The position numbers were made by a program, and so were the translations under genes. Below the pieces are notes generated by a model. That model ran no database searches, had not been told where the DNA came from, and saw only the letters and a program-made list of their open reading frames with translations. From Trichoplax adhaerens (Eukaryota > Animalia > Placozoa), in assembly GCF_000150275.1 (NCBI RefSeq), contig NW_002060945.1:8324011-8388010 (forward strand): a DNA stretch of 64,000 nt, read 5' to 3'. Of this stretch, positions 26,581-40,509 are shown piece after piece; the stretch's first letter is position 1, and the number at the start of each line of letters is the position of its first letter.

Positions 26581-29500
26581 TTATTCTGCTCTCCAAGCCG
26601 TACAATGCGCTGCTACACACCCCAAATGGGTTAATTTGACATCAGCTAATGCTGTACAAGGCTTTGGAAAATTGCAATCTTTAATATCGCTTCCATTACC
26701 GAGTCTGCCTTTATCATTTGCTCCCCACAGGTATAACTATTCCAATTGCAAATAAATATAAATTATTAATATTAAGTTGAAGGATAGTACACTTTAATTA
26801 CAGTTGCAGAAGGAGGAACATCGATGAGTAAAGGTTATTTTTACTGCTCCATTTTACGATAGTGATTCTATTGCAAAACTCTATAAACTGAGTTATTTCA
26901 TCATCCTGTTGGTCTATTTTTTAGCAATGAAGAACCTTAAAGAATGATAACTTTCCCCTCTTTCACCTATCTATTATACTGATATTAGAAGTAATGCAAT
27001 TTCTGCATATATCTACCTCGCCATCAGCAGCTAAAGCAACACAATGACAGTTGCTAGCGCCAAGATCGACAATTTTCTTATCTTGATCAGCCAGTCTATA
27101 AAGTAGCTGTGGTTCATCCACTATTAGGCGTGAGCATTCATTGACCATAAAATCTCCATTGTAGCCCCTTATGGCATAAATTAATAGCAATAATTTATCA
27201 ATAGATTGAAGAATAGTTCGAGAAATTATTCGCTTGTGTATGGATTAATTTATCAGGGATGATATGCCAAAATTACTGTAGCGTAATGTATTCAAATTGT
27301 ACCGTAACTCACCTATTCTTAAATATAGTCAATTTATAGTATTCTTAAATATAGATACTTTTACAGTCTTATAGGACTAAATTTAAATGTAGCTTGTCGT
27401 TTTTAGTTATTTTATAGCACTTACAGTTATGGCTATTTTCTACAATCATTTGCTAATACAAAGTCTTTATGTTATGTGTTGTATTAAATCTTATAATCTT
27501 GTTCTCTGTATGTGTTCTATCTCTAAAGCTATAATCACTAGCGATTTCTACCTCCAATGTTGTGGCAAAAGTCGCAGTATTAATATTTCGTCATGTTATT
27601 GTAGCATTTCACAACAGCTTACACTCTGCTCTGCTGTATCTACCATATTATATGTAATTGTTATCAGCAATAAAGTATCCTTTTTCTAATAAATGTTGGC
27701 GTATTCCTCTGCATGGCAACTACTAAGTCTGCTACCGCTGAATCATTAAACCCGCCGTCACTAGACCGATTAAATCGACATGAATCACATGGGCTATGGC
27801 AATATGTAGCAATAGCATAATAACTGTCGATATGCACACTCATTGCACAGTATGCAAGCCTTCATGGCCGGGAATAGCAGAACTTGCTTATAACTATCTA
27901 CGACATATTTAAATTGGTTATCAGCTTACCACGACCAAATATAACCATCTTGTGACAGGGCAAAAGAAATATCCCAGCCACAAATTACTTTCGCCCATAG
28001 AATATGCGGCAATTGCTCTACTAGTATCGGTTGCAGGCAGTTAGCGCTTTGTCCATTCCCAAGTTGGCCATAATGTCCATGGCCCCATGACCAGATACGA
28101 TTTTGATTGACAATGGCTAGCATATGCCAACAACCGCAAGCAACCTTGCTAACATGATAGTCCTTAAATGCTTCCACCTTATATCAGGGTCAACGTTGAA
28201 TAAAAATACAAGTACGGCATCAATTTTCCATTCAAATGAATAAAAATGTGACCGTCGCCAATAGATTTGAGCTACGATTAGTTATAAACATGGCGTTTAT
28301 TCTTCAGGCGGACTTACCTTCTTAGGCAACTTATAAGTCTCCGTATCACCATGGCCTAAGCACCCTTGAAATCCGCATCCCCATGTAAATAATTCTCCAC
28401 TATCACTGATAGCAGCACTGCTATCGCTACCGCAAGCAATATCGACGATATGCTTCGAACTAATAGTATCGATCACTGTTGGATGGATTACATTTCTTAC
28501 GTGTAAATAAATAGTAATAGTTCAATCCAACCCATGTATGATTCCATCCATAATAAGTTGAGGAAGAAAAATGAAAGTAATGGCTTAGAAATGTTACAAC
28601 TTGACATTGTAGCTAACTGTGACGCAGTAAAGTATCTACAAAAATATGACAAATGGAACTTTAATTTGTGTAAGACTTGGCGGTATTGCATTATAGCGAT
28701 TTGCCCCATATTTGATTGTATTGATAGCTATATTGGATATGGTCAGTTAGATTTCTAGGAATAGGTATTATCGTGATGCTAATCTTAGATGGTTGCTAAT
28801 TATGGTACTATATTAGAAAATGACTATATTAGAAATTGTTGATCACTCATATTAGCCAGTTGGGTAATTATGGTACCTTCTAAAATGATATACTATAAAT
28901 GTGGAATGGCCAGCATCGTACGGCGTTAGACATTAACAGAAGAGTAATGGTATTTTAGGCTGATTAATTCTTACTGTAAGACATGTTGATGATATATTTG
29001 AGGAAAAGTAATTCTATTAGATGACTTACTGCTGATTGTAGGCAACTCTGTTGCTGTGAATAGATTAAACGAGATGTGTTAAAGAAGTGCAGAGATGAGC
29101 TTGGGGTAGACTAGACTTTACTTTCTAGAGCTCAGGATACTTCAAATTTGTTTCTCACTACTAAAGTACAGTATTGAACCTATTATCTATTGCTCTACTA
29201 TACTATTCATAACCTCGTTAATACAAATATTTTTTAAATAATTTTATATGCCTGAGACAGTTACTTTATGAGAATTAGACTAAATTAGATAGAATAGTTG
29301 CGAGGTACTTTCATTACATGCATAAATTGGTTTGTCTACTAAATTACCAGGGACTATCTTCAGTCTAACATTATCCAATTTAAAGTATTTCTACAAAATT
29401 TACAACTTATATACGATATAAAGGTTGCAGTAAAAAGGATAAAAACAAGTGAATGCAAATGCTGAGGAATACTGTAGTAAAACTTTATGTTTTAGCCAAT

Positions 29501-31733
29501 CGTGATAGAACATTTAAAAATATTCCAATACGATCTTCAATTTGTTGTAATATTATATTTCATTACCGTGGATAAACTGGGTCGTCTATTACATTACCAA
29601 TGACTATCTCTATCTAACCAATTATCTTATTGACAGTATTTCATATGATCATAAGAAAAGAAGTGAAAGCAATTGCTGGGAAAATTGTACAACTGGACAT
29701 TTTAGCTAACTGTGACAAAGTAAAGTATCTTTATTAAGAATCCATTCACTACCGCATAATAAATCGAAGTTCTTGTAGTAATATTTTATAAATTAGTTCT
29801 TGTAATGAATTACTAAGGACTATCTTATTTAGTCTAATTATCTAGCTATCTAATTCATAGTCTTATAACAGAAATTGACGATTGATATGCAATAAAAGCA
29901 TCACGCCAAATTGGTTAGAACGATAAAACTATGGTGCCAATATCATTTGCAAAGAGGTACGAGGGCAATCTTATATCTATGTCTAACTTTAACTATTCTC
30001 ACACAATCGGTTGAGCTCAGTCTTAAGTTATTATGGGGGGTCTGTGCTATACTAACTTATCCATGTCTACAGTTTTATTTGCTTCGAAAGGCTAATAATC
30101 AATCTTTTCAGCCATAGTCATTTTGATTGAATGTATATTCTATGCCCTACCTGCAATGGCCATGACCTAGTTGACCATAAATATTACTTCCCCATGATAG
30201 GACGATACCATTTCCAGTTAAAGCTAGAGCATGTTGGCCACAATAAAATGAAGCCACTTTGGTTATGAATACTTTTAAATGGATCGGTCTAGGGATAACA
30301 ACATGATTGACTGTTCCTAGTCCTAATCGTCCATCTTGACCATGGCCGCAGACATAAATGCAGCCATCATTAGTCACGATGAAAGTACAACCTAATCCAG
30401 CAGTCATCATGTTAGGTTTAAGATTAGACATGATTTCATTGACAGTTGGCACTAATACCTAAAGACAGAAATGGATATATAGGTCAAGTATTCGACGCCC
30501 TATTAGAAAATGCTTTGGAATAGTTATTCTATGTCTTCGATCAAGGTGATCATATTGAACTAGACTAGAAAAGTGAACAGAGTATTCTTATTGCTAAGTT
30601 CATTAAATAGCTTATTATATCATTTGTAGAACTAACTAGAATACTTGAATATGAATCGTAGTTACCGTATCTTCCTTCAAGTTAATTCCACCTAGCTGAC
30701 TGTAACGATTTGCACCCCAAGCGTAGACAGTTGTTTTTTTTTCCACAGAAATGGGCATACTTGAGCATGTTGATGGACTAATTTCATTGCCCTTTTCTAT
30801 AAAATATATACCAGTACAAAATATTAGCGAACGTCGTTCAATTCTGTCCTATGTGCCGGACTCTTGATAAGTAAAAAAGATTTCTTAATTAATACATGGA
30901 TTGATGCTATTCTCAGCTATGCTATAAAGTTAATTACTGTCCTTAAAATCTTTCTGGTCATTTTTGTGACGCAAAAGTCGACCTCATTTTAACCCTTGTA
31001 GACGGCTAGATATACTGCGATTATAATTATGAATATAAAGAGCACAAATCGTTATTTCTTGGTCGAAATAACTTGTGATTGATGCTGCCCATTTCTAAGC
31101 TATTGCGAATTCTAAGTTATAGCGAGCCCGTCAATCAATACTCATGCTAATGTAAAGTAATGCAAGGTTACCCCAGTTGCATACTGTACTTTCTAAAATA
31201 GGGTGATTCAAGGGTGCCATCGCTTAAGCTATTCGTTAATAAAACATTTTTGTAAATCCACCTTGACTATAAATAACTTCCTCTTCATCTGATAGACTTA
31301 AACTGGCTGTGCCACTCTCCGCTGTTTGTTCTTCCTCTTCCTCTTCATTGTCTTCTGCTATTTGTTCCTTCAATTTTATTTCATCTTCTTCGTCAGAACT
31401 AACAGTTATAGGGCCAATTTGCTGTCTTAATTCATCTTTTAAATAATCAGCTAAATCTTGCCGCGGTGAATCATCTCGTGTCAATATGGTTAAAAATTGA
31501 TAGAAATCTTCAATACTTTTCGATTGCAAAGATAGAAGAAACTGTTGATTCTTGATTTTATTAGCAGTATCATCCATTGGCAGACCTTGCATCGCATCTT
31601 TCTCAATGATACCATTGGCAAGTAAATGTTGAAAGATAAATTGGGTCGGTAAATTAATGACAAGTTTCCTATTACAGTTGATTAATACCTCAAATTCGGG
31701 TGTTTCTCGAAAACAAACTCGATGTGACGCCAT
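26581..31733 (-). CDS. CARD + acidic linker + 7-bladed RCC1-like propeller (HERC2 RLD-like) protein, 7 exons, ~547 aa
   Basis: Exons 31733-31262, 30796-30666, 30458-30151, 28495-28318, 28177-27930, 27167-27017 and 26736-26581, all GT-AG and phase-compatible. Exon 1 follows the CARD helix pattern (VLINCNRKLVINL..IFQHLLANGII..KNQQFLLSLQSKSIEDFYQFLTIL..QDLADYL). RCC1 repeats: VYAWGANRYSQLGG, IYVCGHGQDGRLGLG, LSWGSNIYGQLGHG, IACGSDSSAAISDSGELFTWG, WSWGHGHYGQLGNG, LYLWGANDKGRLGNG. Confidence 0.85.
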
Positions 31734-33014
31734 TTTTGTCTTATAAAAAGTAGCTAACTAACTTGACAGCTGTATCGCTGTATGAAATAATTCACACAGC
31801 GAAGACTTTCTACCCCGTATTCTAGCTGTCCAAAATTTGGTGCAACTAATAGAAACATCAATGCATGAAAATACATTCCTACAAAATTAGTGCATTATTC
31901 ACTACCTGTAATGAAATTAAAAGTCAAGCAAGAAAGCTATCTATCAAAATATGTAATGAAATTTTTGCAAAGAAACATGGTGTAGTAATTGAATTATCAC
32001 CAGATCTAAACCTATACTGACGGCATTTATGGTACACTAGATTAGTCTTTAATTTACATTTTGTAGGAATACTTAAAAAAAGTGAACTTATACGCTATCG
32101 TAGAGTATGTTATTTTGTAATAATAATAATATGGGTGTTATTAACTATCAAAGTTTATCGATTCTAGCCAGCACATGATCAATAACATAATCATGGATCA
32201 TGGAAAAATCTGCTAAATAAGCAGAAGAGTAGATCGGATGGCGATAGACATCTTTCTCTATGACAATCTAAAAGATTACTTCCTTATTCAGTTTCCAAGA
32301 CCTAAAGTGAATATCTCAAAGAATAATATTAGCATCCACTTTATTTGCAATATGTTCAATCTTAATTTAATAACCTTTCTGATCAACATAACTGCTAATT
32401 TAATAAAGCATTGAGATGATTAAGGTCATGCTTGCATGCATAACTTCAAAAGAGATATTAGCGTAATGAGTATTGATAACATGATCTATCTTTATGAAGC
32501 GTAATATATCCAGCCTCGATGAACAGCAGTAGAAAGTGTTTCTGCCTTGATAATATAAATACTGCCGTAGTATCTGATTATTCTATAGGGTAATTATCCA
32601 TCGTTCGTAAGCTTAAAATATTTTCCATTATATAACTTTCTTTGGATAATTGATCTAAAGTGGAATTCACAAACAGTAACATTATGGCGACTTGAAAATG
32701 CCCAAAGGTTTTAATTACATGAACGTTCTTAGCTGCCTAAAACGAAACCTAGACGTAGCAATCCATAAAGCAATTTGGATGACAAGGAATAGAAAGGCTA
32801 TAATATCTTCGAATAGACGTAGAGCTAGTCTACCTTGACAATAGGAATGCTGCTGTAGAATCTGATTCTACGTGGTAGTTCTCATTCGTCAATAAACTGA
32901 CGGGATCGATGAATCCTGCTTTGATGAACATTCATCAGCACAGATGTTTACTATGATATGATTTCTTACTCGTATGTAGGAATAACCCAGAGTGAAATCC
33001 ACAAATAGCAACTG

Positions 33015-33260
33015 TCAGTGTTAGTAGATTTCGTTTTCAATGATTAAAAGCACTGGAGCAATTAGAGCCTTTAACTATTTTTAAGTTATCCTACTGCTGC
33101 TGTTTGTAGATTTCGCTTATGACTACTAAGAACATTATAGCAATTAAGGAATATGAACATTTTTAAATTGCTCTACTGTTATCATTTGTAGATTTCACTT
33201 CTCACTACTAATAATAGGAATGCCATTAAAGTCTTGAAGTACTCTTAAGTTATCCTACGG
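33015..33260. repeat. Degenerate tandem repeat, 3 x ~82 bp
   Basis: Recurring ttgtagatttc..actactaa..caatta..ttaagttatcctac. Confidence 0.65.
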
Positions 33261-34686
33261 AAAGCGTTCTCTAAAAACTGACATGTTTTTCTATGTATAG
33301 TTTTGTGTTATATTTGGCCTAAAAAGCTATCTATGGAATTAAGTAATCAAATTGGATTACATTATAAAACTTATTAAATAGAAATTGTAGTATGCAATAT
33401 ATAAGTATAGCAGCGATACATGCGAAGGTCGTTAATAGTAATTTTTACAGTATTTTTTACATAAATAATTAAATCTGTAACTGCGATATTATTAGGGTCT
33501 TTAGCGGACATATTTTGATGAGCCGATAACTGTTAAGTTGATTTGGCCATCCTACGGATTTAAATACATATTTTTAAGAATTTATTGCGAAACTAGGTTA
33601 ATTATCTATATGGATATGAGTATCACCAAGAGTATTGGCATGGATGAGGTAATCCAATCATTTTACAAAACTAACGAAAAATATTATTTTAACTTTACAA
33701 ATTTGCAACAGATTAAAAGCTATTGAAATTTCTCAGTGGCGTCTTTTAAGCTAATATTAACGACCACTTAAGTTTGTGAACAGTTTTAGTGCTGTTGAGC
33801 AGACAACGCCATCAAGCATACACGCTTTGATTAGTTTTTTAGCTAATTGATTATACGAATGCATCGATATCTTTGGCATCATGATACATCATTGTAGAAT
33901 ACTAGCAACATACGCCATTTGTTAGCCTTGGATGTTAAAGCTGCAGCATTTCGCGACCTTTCTTCAACTTGCCAGGCAACTTGAAACAAACTTAATTCAA
34001 TAAGGAATCATCGCTGTAGCAATTTAGAGCTAAAGAAGGGCTCTTTTTACAGATTAGCAGTAGTGCTGTTGATGCTAATGAGTAACGGGTCAATTGTAGC
34101 TGATAATACTTCATTAATTTTTCATAGCACAAATTAGGTTAATTTTTTCGATCTTATTCTAATATAGAAGCAATATATCATTTAATAGTACCTTTAAGTA
34201 ATAACCAAATTTCAGACACGAGATGTGACATTATTTTGGATATACAATATTAAACTGAAATATAGTACATATGCCATTGAAGGCATACAAATGTGATGAT
34301 GGCAATTTGTTTATGCTTAGACGCGTATTCAATCTTAAAATAAGATATATTCTTACATAAAGTTTTTCAAATCATTGCAAATAGTGATTATTGGTAATAA
34401 TTAACTGAATCGCAATTCTAACTTACAATATAGTATATTTTAATAAAAACAAGCACTTTTTGTCAATTTAAGATAAAAAATGTATATAAGCAAAAAGCGA
34501 CAAAAAAAATTACATTTTGAGGTAGATAATTTGGTAGTTTACCTCCATAAATTCAAACTCTACATCATGCACAGTATGAAAATTAATCCAGAAAAAGATT
34601 ATGTTGATATTTAATTATAATTAGTTTCATTTGCTAACATAGAATACCGACTACATACAATTCCATTGTCAGTTATATGTTATTTA

Positions 34687-37600
34687 TTAATCCCAATCAT
34701 CGGAATTAGTATCAGAATCTTCCGAATCGGTTGCTAAAAAATAAATTAAATAGCAACGCGTTACATCTTACATTTGAAATGTTGTCATAAAAGTAATTTT
34801 ACGACACTGAAGTTGACTATGCTAAGCCATTTTCTACCTGTTACTCGATCGTTTATCTTTGCTAATTCTATTTGCAGGGCTCCTAGGATACCGGTTTCTT
34901 TGACCGGAGGAAGGGGATCTTTCTGATCCATATCGACCTATTAACCATATCATCATTATCTTAATGATGCTAGCAGTAAACGATCATATAGTGTGTATTC
35001 ATACAAAATGAAAGATAAACAGTTACGTACTTTCTTCAAAGTTATTCCACTGCGTATACTGTCCAGTAAGTTATTTGATATACGCGAAGACGATGGTCTT
35101 ACGTCAGCTTTATCAGCTGGTTCGGTTTTTCTAAGATTGACTCCGGATTGGATTTGATCGAGGAACGAGCCCGGACCAGGTTTTACAGCTGGAGTGGCCG
35201 CAGGTAGTCTATTTTGTGTCGATGAAGGAGTAGAATCTACTAATGGACCAGGAGGAGGTGGCGGAGGCGGTGGAGGAATAGAAGCTGATGGAGGAATAGG
35301 AGCTGGTGGAGGAATAGGAGCTGATGGAGCAACTGATGGAGCAACTGGATGTATTGGAGGGGGTGAAAATGATGGAGCAGTTGCAGGTTGAACAGATACC
35401 GGAGGTGGCGGAGGAACTGTAAATGGTGACTTTAGAGGTTTTGCAACAGGTGACGGTCCAGATTGAGGAGAAGGAATGGATGGACGTTTAGGGTGAGATG
35501 GAGGAAGTGGAGGAGGCTCTTTAGTTGGTGCTGGGCGTGAAGGATAATGGCCTGGTGGAGTAGTCGTTGGGATTGGCGGTGGTGGTCGCGATACTGATAT
35601 AGGACGTGGAGGTGGACGAGAAGGACGTGATGGAACAGGCTGAGGTGGTTTCTTTGATGGTGCACTAGGAGGTCCACTAGAAGGTACGCTAGGAGGTATA
35701 CTAGGAGGTTGTGCTATAGAGGAAATAGGACATTCAAATACAACATTATCCACAGTATATGGACGATTAGGGTATTTTAAGCAAATTATTTTACCGCGTT
35801 GGCCTTGTATTTGTGATTTTAATTCTCGTGTTGCTTGTTCGAGACCACCATGTGCTTCAACAACAGTTTGTACAACCTTGAGTGTTGCTGCGTCATTGAG
35901 TTGTGCACCAGTTAGGCCAATGGTAGAAAATAAATCTTTCCATTCGTCTGTTACTTTGCTAATCTGTAAGATTGATAAGACAGTTTACTTCATTAGTGAT
36001 TGTTTTACATTATATCATTATTCCATTCAAGAAGCAAATCATTTCATTTGGATACTACAACTTACAAAAGATCCTGTATCTTTGTCCCATCCAAGATGTT
36101 CTACGTGCCTATGTAAGCCCATACGTAGTGCAATATTATCATTTATGATAAATAATCGAATACAGTAAACTGTTACAAATTGAAATAATGTCTAGTACTG
36201 CAACAGTAGTATCGCAAAATAGGGTACTAACCTAAAATCTGTTGGTCCTGATATATCTAATTTTGAAATTCTTCTTGGGCCTTTATCTTTTTTCTTTGTA
36301 GGCTTTTCCTTTGCTGACTTGCTCGAGTTCTCGTTGGTGATGACGGCATTCTTACTTGATTTCTGACTATTCTGTTGTTGTTGCTGTCGTTTTTGCTGTT
36401 GTTGCTTGACTTTAGTATTGGTGATTAAATTAAATAATATGTTTTTACACATTTTAAAAACGCATGTTGCTTTTCAAATGATTCACAACACCTGGCTAAC
36501 TAATTCAGTATACGGCAGTATAAAATTATTGACTCCATCATTATAGAATGTATTATCTGAATTCGTTTCCAGTAACTATCTCAATATATGGCATGTTTAG
36601 TTGTTATGGTAGACTCCTTCGACTATTCTTTCTATTGTACTATATACAATATTACTAATAAATTATGACGTTAACTTTGTGTATTATTTTCACTCACTTT
36701 CTTTTTTCTCTTTTCTAGATCTTAACTTTTCAGTTAAGATATTATAGAATTGTGTAGCTTCATTCACATCAGCAAAATTAAATCCTGCCACGCAATCCTA
36801 CAAGATAGAATATTTCAGTGACAATCATATTCGATAACACAGATGAATAATAATTTATTAGAATGAATCTTGTTGGCATTTTGCTAGTAATCTCAAGCCA
36901 GATTGAGTTTTGTATAAACAAGCAAGAACAAATTTGCTAAGTCTTACATGAGCTTGAAATGTGTGAAAGTAATTCTTTGTTTTCTTGTATTCGAAATTAT
37001 AGTAGAGTTCTTGCTCCCAGAGTAGAGCTTTATCCTTGAAGGTAATTTTCAACACGTTAATGAGTTATAGTGATTTATAAGAGCTATTTATCCACTCTAC
37101 ACATATTATAACATGATGGCAATAACGTAATAAGAACGTAAGCAAATGAAATAGCCCTGTGTATAGTGTTGATACAGGCAGAAAACTGAGTAAAGGATGT
37201 ATTAAAAATAATTGCCAATCATTAGCTATCATTATCTTTAGGGAAATGAACTTGATAGGTAATCCTGTTGCTGTCTAATTTCTATTTTTGCAATTTCATC
37301 CCCCCCCCCCACCCCTCTCCGCAATTTTCGATGGTAATTACTCTATCATCATGGTATAGAAATAGACAATATTGTGATAAGACACGATGGCTATTTTAAA
37401 GTGGTACGCTTACTTTAACGTTGAAGACACGCAGAAAATAAGATCGCAATGCACTATCCTTTACAAAGCAAAGCACGCCAGTGCATTTTTTAATCCATGC
37501 GTGTGAATTTGAGTGAGCCAGTTGAACTTGAACGACGGTAGTGGCTAATGTCTAGAATAATAAATAAAAAAAAATAATGTTATTATCGAATACTTGATTC

Positions 37601-38530
37601 TTCTGGTCGCTGCCCTGCATTGACATTAAATTGAGCTATTTCCTTTGGATCATGTTTGATTTTCAAGCAAGAAAGCAATACAAGTATACAGTCTAATGTG
37701 ATGTCCATTGTACTACCATATCAAACTATCCATCTGACTATTCAATGTTGGATGCGATTGAAAAAGTAAAGAAATAGCATCCATGGCAGCAATCAAGACC
37801 ATTGAGTCCCCCTGATAGGAGGATGGATTAGCATCGCTAGCTATAGTAAATCATGCTCATGCATCAACTGTCGATTGGAGTTTATCCATGGTAAGAAAAA
37901 CAGACGATCGTAGTGTTGTAAGATGACATCCAGACTTGTAATTCCTTTACTAATGTTGTAATGCATAAAGAAATTGGAAATGAGAACGATTTTGAACTAC
38001 TATGGTTGATCTACTGATGATGAAAATTGGTTAAAGAGGCTAGTAGTCTACGCCTCCATTTTCTACTGTTGTGGTAGAGTACTGTCTATGGTAGAAAGGA
38101 AATGTCGCACACACACGTACCAACAATACAGACTATAGACTGGCGGCTACAAGTTCGAAAGGACAACATGAACACTGTCTATCCGTTGTACTGGAACTAT
38201 TTAACCTTAAAATGAACAACTCTATCCATGGACACATCAATCTAATCGACAAGCCAATTGTATGGGATCGCTAACTTGACATTTTGAACTATTTTGACTA
38301 TCATCATTACAACTTTGATGGGATCTTTTCCACCCTTTGCCCCAGTTGCATTCTACAGCGACAACTAGTAGGTCTGTGTTTGCGTTGAATCAATCGATGC
38401 CATCATCTATGCTGATCATTACCGAGCATTTCTTGGCAGCCAATAAGTTAAATATAATCTTATTCTCTTCTGGTGATAGAATCTTAGATGAGGCATTCCT
38501 ATTTGCTGGATTAGAGGATTGAGTAGTCAT
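34687..38530 (-). CDS. WASP/N-WASP family Arp2/3 activator, paralog B (WH1-basic-CRIB/GBD-polyPro-two WH2-CA)
   Basis: MTTQSSNPANRNASSKILSPEENKIIF..; WH1 (WIKKCTGVLCFVKD, LLWEQELYYNFEY..FHTF, AGFNFADVNEA); basic KKKDKGPRR; CRIB ISGPTDFRHVEHLGWD; poly-Pro exon 35713-35031; WH2s SFLDQIQSGVNLRKT and NLLDSIRSGITLKKV; GILGALQIELAKI; acidic DSEDSDTNSDDWD*. Confidence 0.94.
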
Positions 38531-39029
38531 CTCAGCATGTTTTTCTTCAGGCAAATCTTCAATCGCTTCCAATAAACATCATCGAAATGAGATCAATCGC
38601 CAATCTCGTTGATTCGCTGCCCTACTCAAGTACAGTATGCGCGTGTCTACAGGAGTCCGATCGTACCGTGGTGTCAACCTACTACTGCTGACGTTAGCTT
38701 TGACCTGATTGACAGTAGTCTACTGTATGGTACTGGGCGTACGTCGATCGTAGGTGTACTGGTACACTAGTACAGTACCAGTACTTGGTATTATAGTAAT
38801 ACCCATAAAGTGGCTTTGTATGCACTTGCATGGATGCCTTCGTGGTGTCGACCAAACCGACCATTCTAATTTTCGCTTCTTTTTACAGACGCTCCTGTAA
38901 GAGTCTACTGTACCAAACAGGTCGATATCCACTATGTATTTGACTAGTCCTTACTCATGCCCGATCACTTGCCTACGGACGTCTGTCCGAGCATCGTGCC
39001 GTAAGGTGGACCCGCCCATACTCTAGCCA

Positions 39030-39160
39030 CTACAGTCTACAGTACTGCACTATACAGTGTACAGTGCACAGTACTGCCTACGGGTGCATGAATGCACTTG
39101 AAAATCACGTGACCTTTCGATGGCAGAACCTATTACGTCATCGCTTCCTGCTTCGATGAA
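39030..39160. promoter_or_regulatory. Candidate promoter core between divergent WASP-B and EVH1-Cobl-like genes
   Basis: Clustered E-box TCACGTGAC (~39105), CRE-like TTACGTCA (~39133) and ETS-like CTTCCTG (~39144) in a GC-richer patch; motif matches only. Confidence 0.4.
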
Positions 39161-40509
39161 ACTTTCCATCTTCGCTTTCCAGTCCTTGCTGGCCATTTCG
39201 CTGTCATCCAGGACTCGGAATCCAGTTCTTGATGTGCTTTACTGCTTTACTTCAGTAAACACACCCGATGGCACTGGAGTCAGTTTGCAGGGCAAACTTT
39301 TGCATCATTTGGTTTGAAAGGGTTCTTCATTTGTTTCAAAGTATGGACTGCCCATGCAGTTCTAATCCAAGGGTTGACTGATACACTTGCATCATTTTCT
39401 ACAAACACACGGCGAGCAGCGATGGGTTGGATACTTTTATTTGCTGTATTGAAAACACAAAAGCATCATTTTACAGGGAAATAGCAATGCTAGAAGGCTA
39501 GTGGAGTTCAATTCGATCAAGAAAAAGGCAAATAGGATAGGGTCTCTTCGTCGACTGCTTTGACTGATCCATGCGCATGGTGCATGTTTGTAGCATTTTA
39601 TTCATCATGAATTCATAGTACAGTCCAATTAAGTGGAGACAAATGAATACATTGGTCAATGAACGTCATGAAAAGCTCTATACTGCATGCTATTCATGGA
39701 TACTAGTCAGGATACAATTAATTGTACTATTTCCCTAGAAATTAATCTACAATCAAAATGTAACGAACGCTATAGGCAGATGCAGCTCTACCGAAGAGCA
39801 TTGCTGATCATGGCATTCTGTCGATTTATAGTATGGTATAACGTCTACAAGATGTCCATTCGGCATACAGCTACGAGTTAGACATTGGTACTAATAATAA
39901 TTATTATAATTGTATACTGTATAACATATACAGTATATATTGACAGTAGTAGAGTCAAAGTTGTGCCCAAGCATAACAAATACAAAGCGACTGCATACTT
40001 TTACTCATTAGTCATCACCACAAATTGTTTTTCATAATTTCATACGGCCTAACCTAGCCCCAAAATTACTCTTTCATTTAACGCATGGACTCATTCCAAA
40101 TTCCAAAGTGCAGTACTGTACAGTACAGTAAGTGTTAAGATGCGTTGCAGCCAATGTTGCTCATCGATAGTTATGATACATTGCGCTCGCATATTACTGC
40201 CTATTTTCGACCCAACCGACTATCATAATACGTAGCTATCCACATTATCCATCGAATTTTCGATGCAGTCCATCGGTGGTAGCTGAGCAAGGGTGAGAAC
40301 CGAAAATCATGCCCAGTTTAGAAGTGCTGCTAAAAGATATCTTTACTGCACTCTAAAGTTAGTATTCAAGCAATCTTAGCTGGATCTCAGTGATAATTAT
40401 AATTAGATTACCACCAAGTTGGAAAGGAGTTGTAAGAGTTCTTGAAAAGCACTGTGCAAAATTAGTGGCACCTTGTTCACTTTCTTTCTTAACAGCCATC
40501 AGGGGCATA

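Noticed and set aside
35194-36168. Gly-rich and other overlapping ORFs (35194+, 35432-, 35878+)
   Set aside because: Shadows of WASP-B exons
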